This document shows positions 1-8,805 of a stretch of DNA of 22,348 bases, piece after piece; position 1 is the stretch's first letter, and every line of letters starts with the position of its first letter. This DNA comes from an uncultured bacterium. GTDB taxonomy: Bacteria; SAR324; NAC60-12. Where the stretch lies: contig CBFIGY010000042.1 of assembly GCA_965662235.1 (NCBI GenBank), positions 1 to 22,348 of the forward strand. The letters are read 5' to 3'. The notes beneath the pieces were generated by a model. That model did not search any database and was not told the origin of the DNA. It saw only the letters and a list, made by a program, of their open reading frames with translations. The position numbers and the translations under genes were made by a program.

Positions 1-108
1 GCTCTGGCCGTGCTCCCAGCGCCAAGTGAGGGTGTCGAGGACGAGGGTGGAGCCCAGACGGACTGAGACCTCGTGCAGGTCGAGAAGCGGAGGGGGCACA
101 GGGGGCAT
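1..108 (-). CDS. ABC transporter ATP-binding protein, N-terminal fragment (truncated by window edge; possibly ModF-like)
   Basis: Not in the ORF track. Manual translation from the ATG at 108, 2 nt after the RND stop, gives MPPVPPPLLDLHEVSVRLGSTLVLDTLTWRWEHGQS. This matches the pre-Walker-A beta strands of ABC ATPases. Walker A itself lies outside the window. Confidence 0.65.
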   Translation of the reverse strand, partial: MPPVPPPLLDLHEVSVRLGSTLVLDTLTWRWEHGQS

Positions 109-110
109 GC

Positions 111-3100
111 TCAGGAGAGGGCGCCTTCGGGGGAAAGAGCGGCTGCTGCTGCCTTTGGAGCTTCCTCCGGACGCTTACGGAAGAGGCCTCCGAGGTCTTC
201 TAGGATGAGGTAAAGCACCGGAATGAGGACCAGGATGACAAAGGTCGAGAAGAGGACCCCGAACGCGAGGCTGATGGCCATGGGGACAATGAAGCGGGCC
301 TGCAGAGACTGCTCAAAGATCATTGGCAGCAGCCCGAAGAAGGTGGTGAGCGTGGTCAGAAGGATGGGGCGGAAGCGCCGGACCCCTGCCTCAATGGCAG
401 CCTCAAACGAGTGCATCCCCTCTCGCTTGTTCTGGTTGACAAAGTCGACGAGGATCAGCGAGTCGTTGACGACGACCCCGGTGAGGGCAACAATGCCCAG
501 CACGCTGACAATGCTCAGTTGGTAATCAAGGAGCCAGTGCCCCGCCACGGCTCCCACCATGCCAAACGGAATGGCCGTCATGATGATCATCGGCTGAAAG
601 TAGCTCCGGAACTGCAGCGCCAGAAGGCTGTAGATGAGAATCAGCGCAAAGATCGCTCCCTCCCGGACGCCAGCAAAGGTCTCACTCTGGTCCCGGCGAC
701 TGCCCCCATAAGCAACGGTCAGACCCGGAAAGTCCTCCTTGAGGCTTGGGACAAAATCCTGCTGCAGGGACTTCATGATTTCGTTGGTGTTGGAAACCGC
801 ATTGTCCACGTCTGCAGCCACGCTGAGGAGGCGACGCCCTTCCTCGCGGTTGATGCTGCTGAAGGTGCGTCCGAACCCAAGCGAGGCCACTTCACCGAGC
901 AGCGCACGCTGACCGTTCGGCGCCTGCACGACAAGGCCGGCGAGGTTCGGCAGGTAGCGACGTTCCTCTTCCGGAAGCCGCAGCATGACGTTGACCTCGT
1001 CGCCATCCCGAACCAGCTTCAACGCCTCCACCCCTTGGAAGGCCGCCCGGACCTGCTGCGTCAGTTCCAACGCCGTGAACCCAAGGGCGAGCCCTTCGGG
1101 ATTGACCTGAAGGCGGACCTCTTGTTTTCCAGAGTCAGAGTTGTCTTCAATGTTGCTCACTCCGGGGAACGTCCGCAGCTCTTCCTTGGTCCGGGCAATG
1201 GCCCAGTCCAGCATCTGTGTGTCCGGATGGCTCAGCCGCAGTTCTAGGTCAGAGCCGGAACTGAACCCGGTACTGGCCCGGAAGTTGATCGATTCCAGCC
1301 CCGGAATCTCCCCAACGCGTTTTTCCCACTTACGTGCAAATTCCTGGGCTGGGAAGCCTCGGATGTCCAGTGGTTTGAAGAACACCCGGACCCGGGCCTG
1401 GTGACTGCCCCCCTGTCCAACGGAGCTGTAGAGGCCTTCTGAGACAGGAACCCCTTGCTTCGCTTCATACTCGGCAATGAGGGCCTGTGCTTCGGCCACC
1501 AGCCGCTCTTCGACCAGCGCCGTTTGCTCAACGGGGGTGCCAAAGGGCATCCGAGCGGTGACAAAGATGAAGTCGCTGTCAATCCGGGGGAAGAAGGTGA
1601 AGCGCAGGTGCCCGCCCATCATCACGCCAACGCTGATGAGGATGGAGACCAGGGCCAGGGCAAATGTGGCGTAGCGGTAGTGCAAGGCCCACCGCAGCGT
1701 CTGACGGTATGGCCCCTGAATCAGCCACCGGAGCCCATCACTGAACCAACGCCGGAGCGGATAGAAGAAGGCGTCAATCGGCCAGAGCAGGGCCTTGGCC
1801 CAGGAGCCCACCCCGTGGCTGAGGTGCGCCGGGAGGATGAAGAGGGCCTCAATGAGGGAAAAGACGAGGACGCCAATGACGACATCTGGAATCTGCCGGA
1901 AGAACTTCCCGGTGGTGCCACCGATGAAGTACATGGCCATGAAGGCAGCAGCGGTGGTGAGAATGGTGATCAGGACAGGGGCTGCGATTTCCTGCACCCC
2001 ATCGATGGCCGCTTGCAGCCCGGTCTTTCCCATTTCCCGGTGCGCCTGGATGTTTTCTCCCACCACAATGGCATCGTCCACCACAATGCCCAGCACCATG
2101 ATGAAGGCAAAGAGGGACAGCATGTTGATGCTGACATCAATCTGAGGCATCACGGTAAAGGCGCCGGCAAAACTGATGGGGATGCCGAGCATGATCCAAA
2201 AGGAGAGCCCGGTCTCCAGAAAGAGGGCCAGCACTAGGAAGACCAAAGCGAGCCCCATCCACATGTTCCGGGTCAGCAGGTCAATGCGATCCTGGAGGAT
2301 GACGGAGCGGTCGGCCAGCACAGCAACTTGGACGCTGGAGGGGAGCCGGGCCTGGTAGGCTTCGAGCACCTCTTGGACGCCCTTGGACACCGCGGTTGGG
2401 GTTTCGTCACCAACGCGGTTGATGTTGAGGAACTGGGCGTTCTTGCCGTTGAAGCGGTTGCGCTGGTCAGACTCCTCAAAACCGTCTCGGATTTCAGCAA
2501 TGTCCCCAAGCGTGACCACTCCGGAAGGGGTGGTGATGAGGGGAATGCGGGCGTATTCCTCTGCCGTGTAGCGGCGTTCCTTGGTCCGGATGAGCAGGTC
2601 TCCTCCGGAGGTCTGAAGTCGGCCACTGGGCTGGTCCAGGGAGGTTGCGCGGATCTTGGAAGCAATCTGAGAAAGCGTCAGCCCCAACTGCTGGAGCCGG
2701 GCCTGAGGAATGACAAGGGTCAGTTCGTACTGCTGAACGGTCTCCACCTCCACCTGAGACACATCAGGGTGGTTGAGGAGCTCGTCTCGCAGGGCTTGGG
2801 AAATCTCCAGCAGCGCCTTGGGAGGGGCGTCGCCATAGACAGCCACGTTCAGCACCTCCCGCTGGATCTTTGCGGTGGTCACCCGAGGAGCGTCTACCTC
2901 TTCCGGAAGGGTAGAGAGGCGGCTCAGGGACTGTTCAATTTCATCCCGAATCCGCTGAGGGTCGTTTCCTTCAAGCAGCTCGACGTTGATGCTGGCCCCG
3001 CCTTCGTTGATCCGGGACGTGTACCGCTTGACGCCATCAATGCCACGGATGGCGTTTTCAGCAGGCACAACGACTGATTCCTCGAGGTCATCCGGAGTGG

Positions 3101-3254
3101 CACCTGGGTAGCTGTAGGAGACGGAAACAAAGTCGAGGGTGAATTCGGGAAAGACCTCCTGCTTCAGGTGTAAAGCACTCTGCAAACCCCCAACGAGGAT
3201 GAGGATCATCAGCAGATTAGAGGCGACCCGGTGTCCGGCCATCCAGCGGATCAT
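111..3254 (-). CDS. RND efflux transporter permease (AcrB/AcrD/AcrF family)
   Basis: 1047 aa with two large periplasmic loops and two TM bundles. Motifs: YPGATP, GIVVDDAIVVGEN (TM4 Asp pair), RFRPILLTTLTT (TM11), PMAISLAFG. Confidence 0.96.
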   Translation of the reverse strand: MIRWMAGHRVASNLLMILILVGGLQSALHLKQEVFPEFTLDFVSVSYSYPGATPDDLEESVVVPAENAIRGIDGVKRYTSRINEGGASINVELLEGNDPQRIRDEIEQSLSRLSTLPEEVDAPRVTTAKIQREVLNVAVYGDAPPKALLEISQALRDELLNHPDVSQVEVETVQQYELTLVIPQARLQQLGLTLSQIASKIRATSLDQPSGRLQTSGGDLLIRTKERRYTAEEYARIPLITTPSGVVTLGDIAEIRDGFEESDQRNRFNGKNAQFLNINRVGDETPTAVSKGVQEVLEAYQARLPSSVQVAVLADRSVILQDRIDLLTRNMWMGLALVFLVLALFLETGLSFWIMLGIPISFAGAFTVMPQIDVSINMLSLFAFIMVLGIVVDDAIVVGENIQAHREMGKTGLQAAIDGVQEIAAPVLITILTTAAAFMAMYFIGGTTGKFFRQIPDVVIGVLVFSLIEALFILPAHLSHGVGSWAKALLWPIDAFFYPLRRWFSDGLRWLIQGPYRQTLRWALHYRYATFALALVSILISVGVMMGGHLRFTFFPRIDSDFIFVTARMPFGTPVEQTALVEERLVAEAQALIAEYEAKQGVPVSEGLYSSVGQGGSHQARVRVFFKPLDIRGFPAQEFARKWEKRVGEIPGLESINFRASTGFSSGSDLELRLSHPDTQMLDWAIARTKEELRTFPGVSNIEDNSDSGKQEVRLQVNPEGLALGFTALELTQQVRAAFQGVEALKLVRDGDEVNVMLRLPEEERRYLPNLAGLVVQAPNGQRALLGEVASLGFGRTFSSINREEGRRLLSVAADVDNAVSNTNEIMKSLQQDFVPSLKEDFPGLTVAYGGSRRDQSETFAGVREGAIFALILIYSLLALQFRSYFQPMIIMTAIPFGMVGAVAGHWLLDYQLSIVSVLGIVALTGVVVNDSLILVDFVNQNKREGMHSFEAAIEAGVRRFRPILLTTLTTFFGLLPMIFEQSLQARFIVPMAISLAFGVLFSTFVILVLIPVLYLILEDLGGLFRKRPEEAPKAAAAALSPEGALS

Positions 3255-4246
3255 GAGCGCTCCTCCACCAGTGGCGTGTCAGGAAGGTTAGTGGTTTCCG
3301 GGAGGGTTTCTTCTGCCCCTTCAACGCGGAGCTTCAGGCCGTTGGCGGCGCCCTTCAGCGGTGAGGTGATGATGCGTTCTCCCGCGTCTACTCCGCTGGA
3401 AAGGTAAACCGCGTCCCGCTCCTGGTGGGCAATCTCCACGTTCCGGAGCTCTAGTTCAGAGGACGTGGTGGCGATCCAGACGGTTCCAAAGTCACGCAGG
3501 GCCTGAGCCGGAACCCGGATGACGTCTTCTAGCAAACGCCCGGGAAGGGTGACCTGCACAAAGGCTCCCACGAAGAGAGGGGTGCCTCCGGGGGCGCTGC
3601 GACGGAAGGGATCGTCAACGGTCAGGACCATCCGGGCCATGCGTCCCTGTGGGGTGAGCTCAGGGAGCAGGTGCTTGACCTGAGCCGTCCAGCGTTCCTG
3701 CCGGGCGCCCAGCTGCAGGCGAACCTCTGCAGGAGGCGCCGTGCCATTGAGCACCAGGTCGTCCATGCGGCTCAGCGGGATGTCAACGAGCACCTCTGCC
3801 TGATCGGTGCCCACCAGCACTGCCAGCTGGGTCCCGGGGGTGATGTACTGTCCGAGGTCTGAGGAACGGGTCTGAACGACGCCATCAAAAGGCGCCTTGA
3901 GGAGGATCTGGTCTCGGGCGTTTCCGGTGAGGGGGTCGATCTTGACCAAAACCTCCCCCTTCTTGAAGTAGCGGCCTTCCTCAAAGTGGGGGCCGAGGGC
4001 TGAAATGTTTCCTGCAACGCGACTGGTGAGCAGTACCCGTTGTGCGGCTCGGACCTGTCCGGACGTTTGCAGGAGGATGCGGGTGGAGGTCAGCTCTGCC
4101 GTGAGGGTGGAAACCAAGGCGCCTTTGAAGGGCGCCGCCTTTTTCTCAGCCATCGGAGGAGTCTGCATCAGCCACGCGGTCACAGCGCCTCCCACGATCA
4201 GGAGAAGGAACGGAGACCAGAGTCGGGGGGAAAGCAAACGTTTCAT
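3251..4246 (-). CDS. RND periplasmic adaptor (membrane fusion protein), apparently lacking the alpha-helical hairpin
   Basis: N-terminal TM anchor; lipoyl half-motifs SRVAGNI...EEGRYFKKGEVLVKID and LKAPFDGVV...GQYITPGTQL; beta-barrel and membrane-proximal motifs (LFVGAFV, VPAQAL, SGVDAGERII). ATGA overlap with the RND gene. Confidence 0.92.
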   Translation of the reverse strand: MKRLLSPRLWSPFLLLIVGGAVTAWLMQTPPMAEKKAAPFKGALVSTLTAELTSTRILLQTSGQVRAAQRVLLTSRVAGNISALGPHFEEGRYFKKGEVLVKIDPLTGNARDQILLKAPFDGVVQTRSSDLGQYITPGTQLAVLVGTDQAEVLVDIPLSRMDDLVLNGTAPPAEVRLQLGARQERWTAQVKHLLPELTPQGRMARMVLTVDDPFRRSAPGGTPLFVGAFVQVTLPGRLLEDVIRVPAQALRDFGTVWIATTSSELELRNVEIAHQERDAVYLSSGVDAGERIITSPLKGAANGLKLRVEGAEETLPETTNLPDTPLVEERS

Positions 4247-4273
4247 GAGGGCGCTCAGGGCTTCGGAAACAGA

Positions 4274-5620
4274 TCAGGCGGCCGGGGCAGGAAGATTCTT
4301 TTCCAGTTTGTCTTCAGGATGCTGCGGGAAATTCAGGGTGAAAATCGTACCAGCGTTGACCACGCTGTTGACCGCAATGGAGCCGTCGTGGGCTTCCATG
4401 ATGGCTTTGCAGAGGCTGAGGCCGAGACCATAGCCTCCGGTGTTTTTGTTGCGCGAGCGGTCGGTCCGGTAGAAGGGCTCAAAGATCAGCTCCAGCTCAT
4501 CCTTGGCAATGCCTTGCCCAAAGTCCCGGACGTGGATGACGGTCTGCAGCGGCTGCATCTCTACGCTGATTTCCACGGGCGCCGAATCGGCGGGCGTGTA
4601 CTTGAGGGCGTTGGTGATCAGGTTCCGCATGACGGTGCTGACCTGTTCCGGATCGGCAAACAGGGGCACCTCATTGGGAAAGTGCGCCAATCGCACCCCC
4701 GGAGCACGACTGTCGTACTCGGGCAGCAGCTCCTCCAGCAGCTCCCGGAGGTCGAAAGCCGATTTGTCCAGACGTCCGAAGCGACTGTGCAGCCGCGCAT
4801 TTTCCAGAATCTCGGTGATCATCCGCTCCATTTCCTCCACATCGTTGCGGAGCAGCGAACGGGTGTCATCCGGAGGCAGAAATTCCAGTGCCACCTTGAT
4901 GCGGGTGAGCGGAGAGCGCAGCTCGTGACTGACGTCCAGCAGAAGCCGCTCCCGTGCCGCCAGCATCGTCTGGATGCGTCCGGACATGTGGTTGAAGGCC
5001 CGGGTCAGGCGTCCCAGTTCATCTGTCCGGTACTCAGGCACCCGATACGTCAGGTCTCCTGCACTGATGGCCCGAACGCCGCGGGCGAGGTCCCGGAGGG
5101 GCCGGAGGATCCAGCGGATGGTGACAAAGGCGCCAAAGAGCACCAGTGCCACAACAACGAGCAGGGTGACGAGCCACCCCATCATCATGGTTTCATCCGG
5201 GAAGGCGCTGAAGAGGAACTTGCCCTCTGGCGTGTCCCGGACCACGATCATCTTGTTGTAACGCCGGGCAAACTGGACCCCGTTGTTTTCCCGCCAGCGC
5301 CACGAGTGCAGGGACTCCGGAAGCGGCACCAGTTCGCTGGTCGTCCACCCAGGGCCATTTTCAATGAAGCGGATGCCGAGTCCTGTTTCCTGCGTGATGC
5401 TCTTGGCTCGTTCGTGACTGGGCGGTGAGCCGAGTTCCCGGATGAGGTAGTCGGTGTACTTGACTGCATTTTCCTGGTACACCTGCAGGCGGGATTCCCC
5501 GATCACGTGCCAGTAGACGCCCCCAATGCCCATGTAGAGCAAGAGCCCCATGCTTCCCATCACCAGCAGCAGCTTGGTGAAGACGGAACGGAGGGGCCGA
5601 CCGAGTTTCTTAAGCCCCAT
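4274..5620 (-). CDS. HAMP-domain sensor histidine kinase (EnvZ/CpxA-like)
   Basis: Two TM segments, HAMP (ILRPLRDL...DELGRLTRAFNHM), H-box DVSHELRSPL, N-box NLITNALKY, G-boxes DFGQGI and GGYGLGL. Start is ATG 5620 or TTG 5635. Confidence 0.95.
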   Translation of the reverse strand: MGLKKLGRPLRSVFTKLLLVMGSMGLLLYMGIGGVYWHVIGESRLQVYQENAVKYTDYLIRELGSPPSHERAKSITQETGLGIRFIENGPGWTTSELVPLPESLHSWRWRENNGVQFARRYNKMIVVRDTPEGKFLFSAFPDETMMMGWLVTLLVVVALVLFGAFVTIRWILRPLRDLARGVRAISAGDLTYRVPEYRTDELGRLTRAFNHMSGRIQTMLAARERLLLDVSHELRSPLTRIKVALEFLPPDDTRSLLRNDVEEMERMITEILENARLHSRFGRLDKSAFDLRELLEELLPEYDSRAPGVRLAHFPNEVPLFADPEQVSTVMRNLITNALKYTPADSAPVEISVEMQPLQTVIHVRDFGQGIAKDELELIFEPFYRTDRSRNKNTGGYGLGLSLCKAIMEAHDGSIAVNSVVNAGTIFTLNFPQHPEDKLEKNLPAPAA

Positions 5621-6305
5621 CTCCTTCCACACCAATGAACATGTAGCCGGTCCCCCAGATGGTTTTGATGAAGCGAGGGGTCTTCGGGTCGTCCTTGAGC
5701 TTCTGCCGCAGGCGACTCATGGTGATGTCCACCGAGCGATTGAAAGCGTCCCACTCAATGCCCCGGAGCTCTTCGAGAATCTGGTCGCGGTTGAGCACCT
5801 CTCCTGCATGGCGGATGAGCAGGGAGAGGCAGGCGAATTCCATGGTGGTCAGGTTGATCGGTTCTCCGTCGAGGATGGCCTGATGCTTCTGGAAGTCCAC
5901 GGCCAGACCGCCGAATTCTTTCCGCATCTGCACCGCCCGGTGCTGACCGCGCCGCAGCACCGCTTCAATGCGGGCCACCAGCTCACTGGGGTCAAAGGGC
6001 TTCGGCATGTAGTCATCGGCGCCGGTCTCCAGCCCGACAACGCGGTCCATGGTCTCGCCGCGAGCGGTGAGCATGATGACCGGAGTGTTGTGCTGCTGGC
6101 GGATCTTCCGGCAGGTTTCAAAGCCGTCCATCTTGGGAAGCATCACGTCCAGAATGATGAGGTGCGGCTGCTCCCGTGCAATGGCCGCAATGCCTTCCTG
6201 CGGGTCTGTGCGGGAAAAAACCTCGTAACCCTTGTTGCCCAGGTAGGTGTGGAGGAGCTGGTTGAGCTTCTCATCATCATCAATGATCAGGATTCGCGTG
6301 TTCAT
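5610..6305 (-). CDS. OmpR/CpxR-family response regulator
   Basis: Receiver motifs IIDDD, LDVMLP, MLTA and GADDYMPKPF; winged-helix motifs RSVDITMSRLRQKL and IKTIWGTGY. Overlaps the kinase start. Confidence 0.96.
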   Translation of the reverse strand: MNTRILIIDDDEKLNQLLHTYLGNKGYEVFSRTDPQEGIAAIAREQPHLIILDVMLPKMDGFETCRKIRQQHNTPVIMLTARGETMDRVVGLETGADDYMPKPFDPSELVARIEAVLRRGQHRAVQMRKEFGGLAVDFQKHQAILDGEPINLTTMEFACLSLLIRHAGEVLNRDQILEELRGIEWDAFNRSVDITMSRLRQKLKDDPKTPRFIKTIWGTGYMFIGVEGDGA

Positions 6306-6389
6306 GGAGAGTCGGTTGGGGGTGGAGAGCAGGCGTTATGCCGATGAAATCAGCTTAAGAGATCGCTGGACAGGGTGCCTCTCCGGCCG

Positions 6390-6414
6390 GTAACAGCTTG
6401 TATCATATTGTAGG
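6390..6414. promoter_or_regulatory. Candidate OmpR/CpxR-type direct-repeat operator upstream of the response regulator
   Basis: GTAAC-N5-GTATC-N5-GTAGG with 10-bp periodicity (TTGTA at 6398 and 6408) in an AT-rich patch about 85 bp upstream of the regulator start. Confidence 0.4.
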
Positions 6415-6473
6415 AACCACCGGTCGTTCCCGGAGGACGGCGGCTTTATGAGCGGAGCCGAAGGGGCGCCGGG

Positions 6474-6992
6474 CTACTTCAGAGAAAAGGTGACCTTGAG
6501 GAAACCGGACTCATCCCGGACGACTTGGTAGTCTAGGTCCACTTCCTGATTGTTGGAGAGCAGCATCACCCCGTAGCACAGGCGCGTCTCCGGAGGTGGA
6601 TCATCAGGGTGCTCACGGATGTAAAGCATGTCCTGAGGCAGCCCTCCCAGTTGATCGGGGAGGTCGGAGAAGCGGAAGGCCTCTGCCAGCTTGAGCTGAG
6701 CATCCGGAGAGTGGCAGGTGGGGAGGCGATTGAGCCACCATAGGGCGCCGAGAGCAGTGAGCATCAGGGTGGGGAAGGCTAGGGCGCAGTAGAGCAGCCA
6801 GCGCTGCTTCCACCAGGGGGGGCGAAATTCGTGCCCGCACTGAGGGCAGACCCGAACGCCAAGGGGAATCTCTTCACGGCACTTGACGCAGGGAACGGTG
6901 CCGCGCTCCAGAGCTTCATCAATGGCCCGCATGGTCTCCGGGCGGTGCTGAATCAGCTTCCGGGCCCGGTCACTGAGATGCTTCATCTCCAC
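6474..6992 (-). CDS. Zinc-ribbon, single-TM membrane protein (hypothetical)
   Basis: CVKC-x10-CPQC zinc ribbon, then a hydrophobic TM segment and a C-terminal domain with two Cys (LPTC...RLC). GGAGG precedes the GTG start. Confidence 0.8.
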   Translation of the reverse strand: MEMKHLSDRARKLIQHRPETMRAIDEALERGTVPCVKCREEIPLGVRVCPQCGHEFRPPWWKQRWLLYCALAFPTLMLTALGALWWLNRLPTCHSPDAQLKLAEAFRFSDLPDQLGGLPQDMLYIREHPDDPPPETRLCYGVMLLSNNQEVDLDYQVVRDESGFLKVTFSLK

Positions 6993-7004
6993 GGGACCTC
7001 CTGC

Positions 7005-7409
7005 TCAGTAGCGCATGCGGGGGATTTGCCGATTGGGGTCAAACTCGCACCGCTGGTCCCAGTCTCGACGTGAGGCACAGGGCGTGACCGTTTCGGAGGT
7101 GTGGCAGGTGTAGGTTTCTGGCGGGAGCCCCGTCTGCAGGGGAACTTCGTAGCGTCGGCCATCGGCAAAGCGCGCCACCAGTCCACCGGGAATGGGCTGA
7201 AAGCTCCGGAGTGCCGACTTGCGGGAGGGCGAGAAGTAACCCCACCACTCGCCGGTGAACAGGGTGGAGCAGACCTCTCGGACCCGGAGCGCCTGGTCCG
7301 TGGGATAGGCCAGGGAAGGCGCAGGGGCTGGGGAGTGGCAGGCTCCGAGGAGCAGGACCAGTCCCCACCAGAAGTTCCGGACGGAACGATGTGTCTCCTT
7401 GCGTGTCAA
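7005..7409 (-). CDS. Putative Cys-rich lipoprotein (hypothetical)
   Basis: Basic N-terminus, hydrophobic core and lipobox LLGAC, plus four further Cys. GGAG lies upstream of the TTG start, and the stop is 12 nt before the next gene. Confidence 0.65.
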   Translation of the reverse strand: MTRKETHRSVRNFWWGLVLLLGACHSPAPAPSLAYPTDQALRVREVCSTLFTGEWWGYFSPSRKSALRSFQPIPGGLVARFADGRRYEVPLQTGLPPETYTCHTSETVTPCASRRDWDQRCEFDPNRQIPRMRY

Positions 7410-7490
7410 AAACGGGCTCCATTGGGAATCATCAAGTCCTTGTGGGACAAGGATAGGCAGAATCCCAGCAAAAACAAGGCCGCTCCCCGC

Positions 7491-7961
7491 CTAGAGCGAA
7501 TTCACCCCCAAGGCGATTTCGATCTGTCCGAGCATGCTCCGTTCCTCGGGACTGACCTTGTCCCCAAGTCCCAGAAAGCCTCCTCCGGATGCCTCTGCAG
7601 TCGCCTTCCCCACCTGCAGGAACGCCTGCTTGACTTCACGGGCCTGTTCGCTTGGAACCTTCTGGTCGAGGATGGCTGCAGCCTCCCGGAGCTGTGAAAG
7701 GGCCTTTTCAGAGTGGGTGGCCGCCCGGAAGCGCGTGGAAACGCTCTTCAGTTCCTCGAAGGTGGAACCCAGCAGCTGACGTGTCAGCGGGTCCTTGTAC
7801 TTCTTCCACTGAGCAAGCTGTTCACTGAGGGATCGCCCTTCGGCATCATCAATGAATTGATCGGCGCCGGCGACAGCCGTGGAAATCCAAAACGGTGCCA
7901 GCTGCAGGGTGTGCCATTCGTCAGCAGTGAAGGTTTCTCGCCAATTGGGGTCTTGTGCCAT
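7491..7961 (-). CDS. Hypothetical protein with TerB-like motif
   Basis: AVAGADQFIDDAE resembles the TerB-fold VAxADGxIDxxE motif; C-terminal AEASGGGFLGLGDKVSPEE. Start is ATG 7961 or TTG 7982. Confidence 0.7.
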   Translation of the reverse strand: MAQDPNWRETFTADEWHTLQLAPFWISTAVAGADQFIDDAEGRSLSEQLAQWKKYKDPLTRQLLGSTFEELKSVSTRFRAATHSEKALSQLREAAAILDQKVPSEQAREVKQAFLQVGKATAEASGGGFLGLGDKVSPEERSMLGQIEIALGVNSL

Positions 7962-8124
7962 CTTTTTCAACTCTAGGGACAAACGTCAAAATCGAGGAAA
8001 GCCGAGGCTTCCGGAGAAGCCCGGATGGATGGAAATCCACTTTAACCACAATGACCTGGAATTGTTGTAACGGTTCGATTCAGCCGTTCGTCTTCAACCG
8101 GAGCACGTGCTCAAGGCTCCGTGA

Positions 8125-8805
8125 TCACGGAGACGTGGCGGCGTCTAAGTCGTTGAGAATGAACACGACCAGCTCCTTGGGACCATGGATGCCATACACG
8201 AGCATCTGCTCAATGTCTGCCGTTTTGGAAGGTCCGGAGATCAGCAGAGCATTGGTTGGCAGCCCGTCGGCCCACTGCTCGGCTTCAAGAGCTTCTAGGA
8301 AGGTGTTGTGGAGGGTGGAGGCCTTGAGGACCGCCAGGTGAATGGGAGGAACCAGCGACATCAGCCGAGGCTCCTGAGGCGTGGGCCAGAGGATGAGGGA
8401 CCCGGTGTCTGCAATGGCTGAGCGGACGCTGGTGAGCGAAGCGTCAATCGTGAAGAGCAGGTCCTTGGTGGACTCCACCGGCTCTGCGTAGGGAACGAGC
8501 TCCGGAACCGTCTCTGGTGTGCGCTTCTTGAAACCACTGACCTGCCGGGTCAGGTCGGTTCCTGGTCCCACTAGCAAACGTTGGATGCGCTTCTGGGCAC
8601 AGACCTGTCGGAACAGAGCACCGAATCCACGGGGCTTGCACTCCACAATTTCCGTGTGGACGGCTTCCATGGACTCCCGGAGCCGGGTGATGCGTTCCTG
8701 AGGCGACCACTGCCGGTTCCGGATGACCTGGTCGTCCAGAGGCAAGGCCGGAGTGGAGGCTCGGTTGGACCGGAGGCGGTTCAGGATGGCAGAGCGGGCG
8801 GTCAT
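8125..8805 (-). CDS. lutC: LutC/YkgG-family (LUD domain) lactate utilisation protein C
   Basis: Typical start MTARSAILNRLR; motifs AIADTGSLIL, RLMSLVPPIH, LISGPSKTADIEQMLVYGIHGPKEL. The likely start is ATG 8805 (ATGA overlap), not 8916 as in the ORF track. Confidence 0.9.
   Translation of the reverse strand: MTARSAILNRLRSNRASTPALPLDDQVIRNRQWSPQERITRLRESMEAVHTEIVECKPRGFGALFRQVCAQKRIQRLLVGPGTDLTRQVSGFKKRTPETVPELVPYAEPVESTKDLLFTIDASLTSVRSAIADTGSLILWPTPQEPRLMSLVPPIHLAVLKASTLHNTFLEALEAEQWADGLPTNALLISGPSKTADIEQMLVYGIHGPKELVVFILNDLDAATSP

Noticed and set aside
4040..5428. 462-aa plus-strand ORF, and similar long antisense ORFs (411-1247, 1455-2237, 5550-6347, 8865-9755, 11888-12802, 18195-19397)
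   Set aside because: They lie antisense to well-supported genes and show no recognisable motifs. Such shadow ORFs are expected in GC-rich coding DNA.
6388..6420. Possible dif site (TAACA...GAACC) given the Xer-like gene
   Set aside because: Spacing and arms do not fit the 28-bp dif consensus; a direct-repeat operator or promoter explains it better.
7039..7422. Alternative 127-aa minus-strand ORF overlapping the lipoprotein
   Set aside because: The 7005-7409 frame has a signal peptide with lipobox, an SD and better packing.
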